DNA of 64,000 nt, taken from Isurus oxyrinchus (taxonomy: Eukaryota). Under the pieces are notes generated by a model. That model saw only the letters and a program-made list of their open reading frames with translations. It did no database searches and had not been told where the DNA came from. The stretch is taken from assembly GCA_026770705.1 (NCBI GenBank), contig JANJGN010000009.1:164238001-164302000 (forward strand). Reading direction: 5' to 3'. Below are positions 36,515-48,999 of the stretch, piece by piece. Position 1 is the stretch's first letter. Each line of letters begins with the position of its first letter. Made by a program: the position numbers and the translations under genes.

Positions 36515-36960
36515 CTGTTGCTGCTGATTCACAAGTTCCAGGTTTGAGTTCCATGCCAGGGCTTGAGTGGAAAATTCAAATGTTGACACTCTGTTGTAGT
36601 ACTGAGGGAGTGCTGAACTGTTCGAGGTGCTGTTTTTTGGGTGAGATGTTAAACCGAGGTCCCATCTGCCTATTTGAGTGAATGTAATAGATCCCATGGC
36701 ATTATTTTGAAGAAGAATAAGGGAGTTATCCCCGGTGTCCGGACCATTATTTCTCCCTCAATCCACATCACAGAAACAAATAGCCTGATCATTATCACAT
36801 TGCTGTTAGTGGGGGTTTGCTGTGCACAAATCGGCTGCTGCATTTTCTACATCACAACAGTGACTACACTTCAAAAGTGCTCCATGGGCTGTAAAGCTCT
36901 TTGAGACATCCAGTGATTATAAAAAACATGATAAAAATCCACAGCTTTCTTTCTTTTCTT
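36515..36960 (+). mobile_element. Deu-domain SINE
   Basis: gtactgagggagtgctg...gagatgttaaaccgagg core. Confidence 0.72.
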
Positions 36961-37140
36961 TAACACAACCGGCCTAATGGGCCAAATTTGTCTCAGCGTC
37001 CAACTCTAGTCTCCAAGTCAGATCGTCATGGGTTACCTCCGGGACTTGATCATACAATCCAGGCAGATACTTCAGTGCAGTACTGAGAGAGTGCTGCACT
37101 GTTGGGACTGCCTTCTTTTAGGTGTGATAGTAAACTGAAG

Positions 37141-38116
37141 CCAAAACAGAAAGATGGGGGTGTTGAATGGCAAGCAACAGGAAGTTCTGGGTCATGCTTG
37201 CGTAGAGACCCCCTTTTTTTTTCCCCAATAAATTATATAGATTTTTCTTTTCCCACCCATTTCCATTATTTTTAAATATTTTAAAATCTTTTATGCTCCC
37301 CCCACCCCCACTAGAGCTGTACCTTGAGTGCCCTACCATCCATTCTTAATTAGCACATTCGTTTAGATAATATCACCAACTTTAACTTTAACACCTATGT
37401 GTTCTTTTGTACCATTGTCGCTGACATCTTTTGATGATCTGCTTCTATCACTGCTTGTTTGTCCACACAACCACCTCTCTCTCTCTCTCTCTCTCTGCCC
37501 CCCCCCACACACACCTTAAACCAGTTTATATTTCAATTCTTTCTTGGACTCGAAATCAAGTTCTGTCGAAGGGTCATGAGGACTTGAAACGTCAACTCTT
37601 TTCTTCTCCGCCGATGCTGCCAGACCTGCTGAGTTTTTCCAGGTAATTCTGTTTTTGTTTTAGAGACCAAAGTGGTCCTGCAAAGCGATCACCCCACCCT
37701 CACAAGGACCATCTCTCACTTGTTCATGTTGTTCTTTCCAGAGAGCTTACCCTTGTCCTGCCATTATCACATTCTGCTTTCTGATCTTAATGTCACCATT
37801 AGCACCTCCTTTAGCCAGTATCACTATCAAGAAGACCCCTTTGTCCTTTTGTCTATGACATCTCTGGCAATCTCTCCTTTGCCTCCACCTATCACTGATC
37901 TTCTATCCACCTTCACCTGCTCCACCTCCACTTAAACAGCATAAATTTCATTACATTTTTACTACTCTCTCGGTTCAAGAAGAGTCATTAGGATTCAAAA
38001 CGTTAACTCTTTTTTTTCCCTCCACAGATGCTGTTAGACCTGCTGAGTTTTTCCAGCATTTCCTGTTTTTGTTTCAGATTTCCAGCATCTGCAGTATTTT
38101 GTGTTTATCTTTGTAT
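37141..38116 (+). mobile_element. Penelope-like element (outer)
   Basis: TSD TAAACTGAAG; terminal gaagagtcattaggattcaaaacgttaac...gatgctgttagacctgctgag motif. Confidence 0.65.
37211..37660 (+). mobile_element. Penelope-like element (inner) with hammerhead-like motif at 37559-37598
   Basis: 8-bp TSD TAGAGACC at 37203-37210 and 37661-37668. Confidence 0.7.
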
Positions 38117-38679
38117 TAAACTGAAGACCCTCCTGTACCTTAGGTGGATGTAAAAGATCCCATGGCACTATTCAAACAGTTCTCCCAGTGTCCTGGTCAA
38201 TATTTATTCTGCACCCAGTATCAAGTAAAGAGATTACCTGCTTATTCATCTAGTTTTGGGCCCTTGCTGTATGATGATTTGTTGCCACATCTCTCTGTTT
38301 CAAAAATACTTCATTGGCTGTGAAAGGCATTGTATAAATTGTAAGTTCAACTCTTCTTTCTTTTCTAATGAGCATTAGTTTCATTTTGTCGTTCAAACAA
38401 TCTTTTTATCTCAGGGATTACCCTAAATACACAGAGTTTTGGGGATGCCCGGGTTGAGGCCTCTGACCCTCTACAAGGAACAGGCTGGAGGGAACAGTAC
38501 CATTCCTGTGTAAAGGGCAAGGTTGGTATCCCCCAACAAGCCAGTGAGGGTCTAATAAAATAAATGGTATCATAGCTGCAAGGCCACCTCTGTGGAGGGG
38601 TACAACTTCAAATGCAATTTGGCAAATGCATTTTGAAAATCAGAACACTTTCCAGACTAGCACTTGTGCTACACAAGTC

Positions 38680-39430
38680 TCAGGTAATGACCATCTCCAA
38701 CAAGAGAGAATCTAACCATCGCCCCTTGATGTTCAATGACATTACCATCACTGGATCCCCCACTATCAGTGTGAAGGCTTACCATTGACCAGAAACTGAA
38801 CTGGACTAGCCATAGAAATACTGTGGCTACAAGGGCAGGTCAAGGTCAGGGAATCCTGCAGCAAGTAACTCACCTCCTGACTCTCCAAAGCTTGTCCACC
38901 GTTTACAAGGCACAAGTCAGCAGTGTGATGGAATACTCTCCACTTACCTGGATGAGTGCAGCTCCCATTACACTGAAGAAGCTGGACTCCGTCCAGGACA
39001 AAGCAGTCCGCTTGATTGGCAGCACATCCACAAACATTCACTCCCTCCACCACCGACGCACAGCAGCAGCAGTGTGTACCATCTACAAGATGTACTGCAG
39101 GAATTCTCCAAGGCTCCTTAGAAAGCACCTTCCAAACCCACAGCCACTACCGTCTAGAAGGACAAGGGCAGCAGATAGATTGCAACATCACCACCTGGAA
39201 GTTCCCCTCTAAGTAACTCACCATCCTGACTTGGAAATATTTCACCGTTCCTTAACTGTCACTGGGTCAAAGTCCTGGAAGTCCCTTCCTAACAGCCCTG
39301 TGGGTGTAACCACACCACATGGACAGCAGCAGTTCAAGAAGGCAGCTCAGCACCACCTTCTCAAGGGCAATTATTGATGGGCAATAAATGTTGGCCCAGC
39401 CAGTGAAGTCCACATCCCATGAATGAATTT
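38680..39430 (+). mobile_element. Non-LTR retrotransposon family B (CR1/Jockey-group RT), 3' part
   Basis: ORF 38823-39212 YKAQVSSVMEYSPLTW..HSLHHRR; ends in atgaatgaa. Confidence 0.85.
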
Positions 39431-39847
39431 TTAAAAAAACCCAGTGGGGAGATGTTATTCCTCAAAGAGATCATGAAGGTTTTCGGCAATATCTTCCCAT
39501 ATCAAACCTATGTTAGTATTTATTTCTCAAGTTTATTCCTTTCAATAATTTCTATTACTTGTCATGAATGGAAGTGAAACTAAAGCTCGTGGGGCACCAA
39601 TGAAGCAGCTTCTGAAAACATCCCAGGCCTTGTCTGCAGGAGTCACACAGGGGAACTGCTGTAAACCCAATACCAATAAAGAAATGACAGAAATATTGGA
39701 TATCTCTGTCTCAGTTTTTACAAAGTTTTTCACTTGAGGGTGAAGTTAAAAATCATATTAAAGCAGTTGGGATAGAAGGGGAGAAAATAATTGACAAAGT
39801 AGCAAAGCGGAAGGCAGGATGACCCCAGTAGCAGACAGGACGCCCAC

Positions 39848-40200
39848 TAGGTTGCCAACCCTCCAGAATTGGCCTGGAGTCTCTAGGAATTGAAGATTAA
39901 TCTCCAGAACATTGCTGTGCGCAACCCTAGAGAAAAATCATTGGGGCTTTAGAAAAGATTGTTTTTTTTTTCATTTTCTTTGAACATTTCTCTTTATCAG
40001 ATATGAAAGTATTGAAAATGGAGGGAAACCATTGTTTGGCTAACAGTCAAGCATGATCCAATTGGGTACTGAGTCATTTTGCTTTCCTTTTGCCATAGGA
40101 AGGCAGTGCATTGTAAAGATAGATGTGTTGGCCAACTAATGGCCTGATCATGAGGGTGCGATGAAACCTCCCAGAATGCACTTAATCACTGGCAACCCTA
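39848..40200. mobile_element. hAT-type MITE
   Basis: TIRs TAGGTTGCCA / TGGCAACCCTA; 8-bp flanks ACGCCCAC/GCACCCAC (6/8 match). Confidence 0.7.
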
Positions 40201-40903
40201 GCACCCACTGAGAGCCAAGCCCAGCAGGCGTCTGGAGATGACCTGGGGCATCCGTGTGACCTCTTGTTTTAACTCGCAACTGGAGGTGCAGTCATCAGTG
40301 GGCAACACCTGGGGTCACAACTTTTAGAAAAGTGGATACCTCTCCAGAGGGCGCCTCAAAATGGGGGCACCCTTACGTTCCCCTTTCTGCAGCAGCAGTG
40401 CCCACCTCTGCCAGTGGAATTGCACCCCTGCCAAGGCTGCAGGCCCTCTAGCCTGCCCGCCTTCCTCAATTGGATGATAGGCCCGGGTGTTGATCCTTAA
40501 TTGGCTGCCTCCAGGAAGATCTCTCAGGCAGACACATGGGTCGAGACCCAAATATGGTCCCACCTTTTGATTATTTTGAAAGGACACAAGATTCTGCCCA
40601 AGGTGTGCAGCCCTCTGAGGGCAATTACTTCTGATGTAAAATACTGCCACTCACATCTTGTAAAGGAAATTCTTCATTTATCCTCTTACCTATGAGCAGG
40701 GAACATGAATTTTAGTCAGGGTTTGTTGTCCTGAATTTTGCAGTTACTTTGGAGTTCTGAGTGAGGTACATCTAGAAAAACTTGAAGTAAACTCATTAGC
40801 TTCATAATAAGCTCACCGTATGGACTGGTTCTCTGCCTGCTCAGAGGCCTGATTTGATGGTTCTTCAAGGGCTTACCAATGTCTGACTAAAGTATATATT
40901 ATT

Positions 40904-41100
40904 GATCCAGCTCTACCCCCCACCCCCTTAAACCAGCTTATATTTCACCTCTTTTCTATTTTTACTTACTTCTGCTGAAGAGTCATACGGACTCGAAACG
41001 TTAACTGTGTTCCTCTCTGCAGATGCTGCCAGACCTGCTGAGTTTTTCCAGGTATTTTTGCTTTTGTTTTGGATTTCCAGCATCCGCAGTTTTTTGATTT
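40904..41100 (+). mobile_element. Penelope-type terminal fragment with hammerhead-like motif
   Basis: 11-bp TSD TATATATTATT; ctgctgaagagtcatacggactcgaaacgtt. Confidence 0.75.
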
Positions 41101-41444
41101 TATATATTATTCCATGCCAAGTAAAAGAAACTATTTAAAAAGAATTTGTGTTTGGTGCTCTTGCATTGATATCAATGTGGTTTACATTTGTAGAAGGAAA
41201 ACAGAAATGACAAAATAACTTTGTAGAACAGAAAATTTAAATTTTCTGTCTAATTTCTTGCTTCTTGGAGGTTTTCTTTACATCTGTTGAAATCCCTACA
41301 GTCATTTCTGTTAAACAGCTGTGAAAATCACCTTAATGTGAACATTAGATTTAGATCTTTCATTCTCTATTTTTGTTTCAGTGACAATAAGCGAAAATCT
41401 TTGTTCCTCATTAATACTGGGAATACATATTATTCAACATTTTT

Positions 41445-42680
41445 ATTCATTCATGGGATGTGGGCATCGCTGGCTGGGCCAGCATTTATTGTCCATCCGT
41501 AATTGCCCTTGAGAAGGTGGTGGTGAGCTGTCTTCTTGAACCACTGCAGTAGCGTGGGTACACCCACAGGAGAGAGGTTCCAGGATTTTGACCCAGCGAC
41601 AGTGAAGGAATAGTGATATATTCCAAGTCAGGATGGTGAGTGGCTTGGAGGGAAGCTTCCAGGTGTTGGTGTTCCTATGTATCTGCTGCCCTCGTCATTC
41701 TATATGGTGATGGTCGAGGGTTTGGAAGGTGCTGTCTAAGGAACCTTGGTGAGTTCCTGCAGTGCATCTTGTAGATGGTACTCTGCATTGCTGATGGAGG
41801 GAATGGATGTTTTTGGATGGGGTGCTAATCAAGCGGAGCAGCTTTCTACTGGATGGTATTGAACTTCTTGAGTGTTGTTGGAGCTGCCCTCATCCAGGAA
41901 AGTGGAGATTATTCCATCACACTCCTGAATTGTGCCTTGTAGATGGTGGACAGGCTTTGGGGGAGTCAGGTGAGTTACTCACTGCAGGATTCCCTGTCTT
42001 TGACCTGCTCTTACAGCCACAGTATTTATATGGCTAGTCCAGTTCAGTTTCTAGTAACCCCCCCAGACTGATAGTGGGGGATTCAGTGATGGTAATGCTA
42101 TTAAATGTCAAGGGGCAATGGTAAGGATCTCTCTTGTTGGGGATGGCCATTGCCTGGTACTTGTGTGGTCCAAATTTACGTTTCACTTGTCAGCCCAAGC
42201 CTGGATATTGTCCAGGTCCTACTGCATTTGGACATGGACTGCTTCAGTACCTGAGAAGTCGTGAATGGTGCTGAATGTGCAATCATCAGCGAACATCCCC
42301 ACATCTGACCTTATTGCAGAAGGTAGGTCATTGTGAAGCAGCTAAAGGTGGTTGGGCCTAGGACACTATCCTGAGAAACTCCAGCAGTGATGCTCTGGAA
42401 CTGAGATGATTGACCTCCAACAACCACAAACATCTTCCTTTGTGCTCGGTATGACTCCAACCAGTGGAGAGTTTTACTCCTGATTCCCAATGACTTCAGT
42501 TTTGCTGGGGCTTCATGATGCCATGATTGGTCAAATGCTGCCTTGATGACAAGGGCAGTCACACTCGCTTTACCTCTGGAGTTCAGCTCTTTTGTCCATA
42601 TTTGAGGTCAGAGCTGAATGATCCTGGCGGAACCCAAACTAAGCGTCAATCACCTGGTTATTGCTAAGTGAGTGCCACTT
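41445..42680 (-). mobile_element. LINE family B fragment
   Basis: ORF 42311-42562 AAFDQSWH..WLESY..AGVSQDSVLGP. Confidence 0.85.
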
Positions 42681-42859
42681 GATAGTTGTATCTTCAAACA
42701 AATAAAGTGAGAACTTAGAGAGTGTCCAAATCATTAAAACTGAAAATAGGTTTTTGTTATAGGCCTGAGTATTAGCTGAATGCGAGTTTATTACATTGTA
42801 AATGGAGCTAGCCTTTGCCAATTTAAATGCTTTAAAAATAGTCTGAGGTAATAGCAACT

Positions 42860-43170
42860 CACCAAGGCTCCTTCGACAGCACCTTCCAAACACTTGAATT
42901 CTACCATCTAGTAGAATAAAGATAACAGATGTGTGGGAACACCACCATGTGCAAGTTTCTCTCCAAGTTACTCAGTATTCTGACCAGAAACCATAATGCT
43001 GTTCCTTCATTTTCACTGGGTCAGTAATCGACCTCTCTCCCCAACACCTAACACCCTAACAAGGACAGCAGCGGCTCAAGAAGGCAACTCACCACCATCT
43101 TCTCAAGGACAGTTAGGGATGGACACCAGGGTCTTGCCAATGGCCCCCACAACCCAAGAATGAATAAAAT
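42860..43170 (+). mobile_element. LINE family B 3' end
   Basis: Homology to 39100-39430. Confidence 0.7.
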
Positions 43171-43229
43171 AAGTTTTTGTCGGGTTGAATATTTACATGC
43201 TTTCTGTTTGATGCAAACTAAAAATTCCT

Positions 43230-43790
43230 AGGGGCAACATTTTCCTCCCGCCAGGTGGATGTGGGGGAGCGGGCACAGGTGGGCAGGTTCCTGATTGGCA
43301 CCCCTGGTCGGGGCTCGCTGCCATTTTACGTGGATGGGCCAATTAAGGCCCGCCCAGCGTGATGTCCGCCAGGAAGTGCAATGCGCTCCCTATGTGGGGG
43401 GGCGGGGGGGGGGGGTTTTGGTGAAGGGGGGAATTCCCTCAGCCAGGAGTGTGCGAAGGAGTGCACAGATCTCCCTGAGGAAAAGTGCTGCCTCAGGGAG
43501 ATCGGCTCAGATGTTAAACTTTAAATAAAGCTGAGAAATAAATTTCACTACAATGTCCCCCCATGTGACACCAACACAAGAGTTGGGACATGTCCATAAC
43601 TTTTATTTTGAAATATTCTTAGATTTTTAAATCCCTCATGAAACATCATCCCGCCCGAGGTTTCCTGGACGGGCAGGTTCATTAATAACCTCAATCAGTT
43701 TTTTAATGACATTAACAGGCCATTGACAGGTCATAGGAATGACATGTACAGGACAGTTATTAAGAATGATTTCGTCAATATGTCGGTCCG
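43230..43790. mobile_element. Harbinger-type MITE fragment
   Basis: Terminus and ggccaattaaggcccgcccagcgtga motif shared with 33264-33952 and 60523. Confidence 0.6.
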
Positions 43791-43794
43791 GAAG

Positions 43795-44040
43795 ACAATA
43801 AGACAAAGGAGCAGAAATTAGGCCATTTGGCCCATCGAGCCTGCTCCACCATTCAATCATGGATGATAAGTTTCTCAACCCCATTCGCCCGCCTTCTCCC
43901 TGTAACCTTTGATCCCCCTTACCAACCTATCTATCTCAGTCTTAAATACACTCAATGACCTGGCCTCCACAGCCTTCTGTGGCAATGAATTCCATAGATT
44001 CACCACTCTCTGGCTAAAGAAGTTTCTCCGCATCTCAGTC
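43795..44040 (-). mobile_element. CR1 3' end
   Basis: gacaataagaca tail; fragment homologous to other CR1 3' UTRs. Confidence 0.75.
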
Positions 44041-44044
44041 TTGG

Positions 44045-44400
44045 CTCAGTATGCAACACACTCACCTCTGACTCAAGACGTTTGTGAATTCAAGTCACAA
44101 TCCAGTAACTTGAGTGCGCAGTCCAGGCTGGCAGTATTGAGGGCATGCTGCACTGTCCGTAGGTGTCATCTTTTGATGAGATGAAGCCCTACTGCCTGCC
44201 TTCTAAGGTGGAGAGGAAAAGAAATCCCACCACACTTTTCAAAGGAGTTCTCCCGAAACCAATATCTAAAAATGCAGACGATCTGGTCATTTATTTCATA
44301 GCTTTTGATGGGAGCTTGCTATGTACAAACTGGCTGCTAAGTTTCCTCCATAACTTCACTGGCTGTAAAGTACTTTGGGACCTCCTGGGGTGGTGAAAGC
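44045..44400 (+). mobile_element. Deu-domain SINE
   Basis: Core and tail homology to other copies. Confidence 0.6.
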
Positions 44401-45114
44401 TATTTGTTTTGTTTAAAATGTAATACCAGCCCCATGATTAGTTTTGAATTGTGTTGCTAAAAATAAAGAGATATTTGATGAACAACTGACTTTTAAAATA
44501 TCTGTTATTAAATTACTGTGCTGACTGTAATGCCTATAAAAGGATTACAGGTGGCTTTGGGGAAAGGAACGTGAATAGTTCAGCATTACGGTGATGTAGT
44601 AAATTGGACCACGTGGTTGAACCACCAACTTCCCATTCAGAAGTGGTAAGAGGTTTAAAAATAGAAGCTGAAAGGGTTGAGTCAAGAGAAAACCTGTTTC
44701 AAAATCGCAGTTGTAAGATTTTTTTCTGTTCCTCTGGTTGTATTGAATGACTAATGAGCACATGACGACACCACAATGTATGGCTGTCTGTTTATATTTA
44801 AACATGTCTCAGAGGTGTGCTCTGTGCTATGCAATTTATACTGGAAAGGGAGAGTTAGGTCCTTGGAGTTTTGATACCGTTTCACTGGTGTATCTCTGTA
44901 GAAGTCAAAGCTCATGTACTGTTCTCTGCTCCTCGGTGCCAGGAAGTCCTTCAACCACTTCATTTATGCTTAAAAGCTTGCAGTGGCAGTGCAATAATCA
45001 GCATGCTTATGATCAGGGGCTTAATAGGAGTGAGACAGATGTGAGGCTGAATATAACCCAGGATTTTTTTAAATGGCTATCTATTAACAAGGAGTGCAAA
45101 CAGACATGCATATT

Positions 45115-45212
45115 CAGTTGAAGGGTCATGAGGACTCGAAACGTCAACTCTTTTCTTCTCCGCCGATGCTGCCAGATCTGCTGAGTTTTTCCAGCTAATT
45201 CTGTTTTTGTTT
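45115..45212 (+). mobile_element. 98-bp Penelope-type terminal insertion
   Basis: 8-bp TSD TGCATATT; hammerhead-like core. Confidence 0.75.
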
Positions 45213-45279
45213 TGCATATTTTATCTCCTATCAGTTATTTTCCAAATCTTGTATGAGAAATGCCAGCGGTATTGTTCAC

Positions 45280-46195
45280 CTGACCCACATCTCTACCTCA
45301 CCACCAGCTCTCTCAATCCCTCCACTGTCTCTAAACTGTCAGGCTGCATGTCCCAGTACGACCTGAGCAGAAATTTCCTCCAGCTAAATATCGAGACAGC
45401 CAAAGCTATTGCTGTTAGTCCCTGCCACATATTCCATTCCCTAGACACTGACTCCATCTCACTCCCTAGCATCTGTCTCAGGCTAAACCAGGCACTTCAC
45501 AAACTTGGTGTCATACTTCAACCCAAGATGAGCTTCTGACTATATATCCATGCTATCACTAAGATCGCCTTTTTCCAGCTCTGTAACATCGCCCGACTCT
45601 GCCCCTGTCTCAGCTCATCTGCTGCTAAAACCCTCATCTATGCCTTTTTTAATCTCTACACAACTATTCTAATGCCCTCCTGGTTGCCTCCCATGTTCAA
45701 TCTCCGTAAACTTGAGGTCATCCGAATCGCGGCTGACCTTATCATAATGTGCACAAAGTCCCATTTACCCCTGTGCTCGCTGATTTATATTGGCTCCCAT
45801 TTAAACAACACATCAATTTTAACATTCTCATCTTTGCCTTAAAATCCTACATGACTCCATCTCCCCCTATCTCTGCATTCTCCTCCAGCCCTCCAGCTCC
45901 TTTAAGTCTGTCCTCTTGCACATCTCAAATTGTAATCACTGCAGAATTGGTTGATGAACTTTTAACTGCAAGACCCTAAGTTCTTGAATTCCCTCCCTGA
46001 ACTTCTCTGCCCGTCTACCTCTCTCTCCTCCTTTAAAATGCTCCTTAAAACCTATCTCATTGGCAAAGCCTTTGGTCATGTGTCCTGATATCTCCTTATG
46101 TGTCCCAGTGTCAAATGTTATTTGATAATGCTCCTGTGATGTGCCATGGTCCCTCTTAACTACGTTAAAGATGCTACATAAAATCAAGTTGTTGC
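45280..46195 (+). mobile_element. L2-like LINE 3' fragment
   Basis: NFLQLNIE, LGVILQPKMSF, TPVLADLYWLP motifs typical of the L2 RT C-terminus. Confidence 0.75.
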
Positions 46196-46197
46196 TG

Positions 46198-47005
46198 GCA
46201 GCTTTTGACCGGGTGTGGCATCAAGGACCCCGAGTAAAACTGGAGTCAATGGGAATCAGGGGGAAAACTCTCTGCGGGCTGGATTCATACCCAGCACAAA
46301 GGAAGATGGTTGTGGTTGTTGGAGGCCAATCATCTCAGTTCCAGGATATCACTGCAGGAGATCCTCAAGGTAAAGCCCTTGGGCCCAACCATCTTCAGCT
46401 GCTTCATCAATGACTTTCACTCCAGCATAAGGTCAGAAGTGGGGATGTTCACTGACTATTGTACCATTTTCAGTACCATTCGCGACTCCACAGATGCTGA
46501 AGCAGTCTTTGCCTACATGCAGCAAGACCTGGACAATATTTAGGTTTGGCTGATAGTGGAAAATAACATTCCGACTACAAAGTACCAGGCAATGTCCATC
46601 CCCAACAAGAGAATCAAGCAATTTCCTCCTGATAATCAACATCAATTCCATCATTGAATCCCCAACCATCAATACCTGAAGGTTAGCATTGACCAGAAGC
46701 TTGACTGGACCAGCCATATAACAACTGTGGCTACATGAGCAGATCAAAGGCTGCGAATTCTACGGTGAGTAACTCACCTTCTTACTCCTCAAAATGTGTC
46801 CATCATCTGCAAGGCACAAGTCAGGAGTGTGGTGGAATACCCTCCGCTTGCCTGGATGAGTGTAGCTCACACTCAAGAAGCTCAACACCATCCAAGACAA
46901 AGCAATCCCCTTGATAGGCACCCCATCCACCACCTTAAATATTCTCCCCCACCCCACCACCCACCACTACCTCGCACGGTGGTAGCAGCATGTACCAACT
47001 ACAAG
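46198..47005 (+). mobile_element. LINE family B fragment
   Basis: AFDRVWHQG..GDPQG..LGP; FINDF. Confidence 0.85.
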
Positions 47006-47024
47006 ATTGAAAATGAATGAAAAA

Positions 47025-47400
47025 GAATTTGCATTTATATAGCACCTTTCATGACCTAAGGATGTCCAAAAGCACAAAACATTTGATGATTTACTTTTGC
47101 AACACAGTCTCTATTGCAATGTACAAATGCAGCAGCCAATTTGCACACACACTCTCAACAATTTGGTGATGAGCAGATTATTTGTTATTAGTGATAATGG
47201 TGGCAATATTGGTCAGGATACCAAGAGAATTCCCCTCCTCTTCTTCAAATAGTGTCATGGGATCCTCTACATCCACCTGAGAGGGCAGACAGGGCCTCGG
47301 TTCAACTTCCCATCTGATTGACTGTACCCCTGATCGTTTAGCACTCCCTCAGTACTTCACTGAAGAATGTGTGATTCACTAGATTGTGTGGTTTGAGTTG
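47025..47400 (-). mobile_element. Deu-domain SINE
   Basis: gcactccctcagtact (reverse core) and reverse tail. Confidence 0.65.
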
Positions 47401-48187
47401 TAGACTCAGAAGTGTGAATACAATATATAAACCACAATTGACACTTTATCTGAGTTATCTTTCACATCTGCTCATTTAGACTGCTGTTCTTTTTCTCTCA
47501 TTTTTTTGACTAATATTGTGAATTTTCCTTTTCACACATCACCCTAACCGGCTTAAATCTTCCCCCATTGCCCTTTCACACTTTTCACAAGGATGTGGGC
47601 GTTTCTCTGGTTTACATGAAAGCCATTACATTTCACAGCCATCCCTAGCTTTGAAAGTGGTTCTACTGTCCCAAGAATTTGAAACCCTGCTTGCTACATC
47701 ATCTTTCCAGACAGACATTGACAATTCTAATCTTGCCATTCCTGACTGGGCCAGTTTGTGAAAATGGGAGAAATTCCGAATTCCGATCGTGTTGGATTTT
47801 TTACTCCTTAACCTAGAATTCAGCTCGTTGAAACCCCTTTGCAGAACCTCAGTGTTCAAACTGACTGTGTGTGTTAACTGTTAACCCTACTTAGTTTCTT
47901 TGTGATGCAAAATCTACCCCAGCTAAGAGTCCAGCCCCATCTTAATAGCATTCAGAAAGTCAGCATCCACCAAACCATAGACACACTACTCTCTAGGAAA
48001 AGAATTATTGTCCAACATCTAGCGTGTCCTTACTGCAGAATAATTTAAACACATGTTTGATGCTCCAATCTATCAAACAGAAATAATTCTATCAATAAGC
48101 ACAGAATCCAGCCTTTCATTATTCTATACAGCTCTATCACATTACCTCTTACTCTAAACCGCCCTGAACTAAATTGGCCCAACCCTT

Positions 48188-48906
48188 TGGACTGAATTTT
48201 CCAGCCTTGTTATGATATTCTTGGAGGCCGAGGAGCCAGGAAAATAGGGAATGGCCCATCAGGGCAACACGCGATGCATTCCTGCTGCCAGGAAGTTTCC
48301 CCAGGGACAGACTGAGACAAGGGACAGCTGCCCACAGAGCCGAGGCAGGGAGGCAATTACATAGTTAAGGCCCCAATTACGGGTGATTTTGTGGCACTAC
48401 CAGCATTTTGTCGGTAACGGAGCGGACCCTCACCATGCGCAGGTGACCCCCAACTCGATGAGGCAGCCTCCCGGCTGACAAGATGGGGATTCATCCGAGC
48501 TGGAGGCCCAAGGAAAGACTGCACCCCCGGCCCAGACACTTCCACCAGAAGGGTCTCCCCTCCTCTCCAAGGAGCCCACCAGCTTAGTCCCTCTGAAATC
48601 ATCCTTTAAATTTTCACCTCCGAGGGTGCCTCCACATTGAGATACCCTCACGGGCCCGAAATGCCTCAGTAGCACCTCCCTCTCCCAGTCGAGTTACTGA
48701 GGCTCTAGAACTGGCAGCCCTTTGACTGAGCCTGGAGCACCAGGAGACGCCGACCACCCTTAATAGAACAGCAAACACAGAGGCAGCAAATCAGCAGGCT
48801 GCCTCTGGGAAGATTGCACCTCCATCTCACTCGGGATGAGTGCCAGCTTGGGAGCTCCATTTGATCCCGACATTGGGATGCTGAAGCCCACAGGAAAATC
48901 CTGCCC
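48188..48906. mobile_element. Harbinger-type MITE
   Basis: GGACTGAATTTTCC ... GGAAAATCCTGCCC inverted termini. Confidence 0.65.
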
Positions 48907-48999
48907 TTTTAGTTTATCTTAATAACTAAAGCTGCTTCAGCTGCAACATCAGGAAATATTCCACTTCAGTCAAAGTCATACTGGACATTATTTCTCTTT

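Larger units (their letters stand above)
37040..38360 (+). mobile_element. Deu-domain SINE split by nested Penelope-type insertions
   Basis: SINE halves 37040-37140 and 38117-38360 share the 10-bp duplication TAAACTGAAG. Confidence 0.75.
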
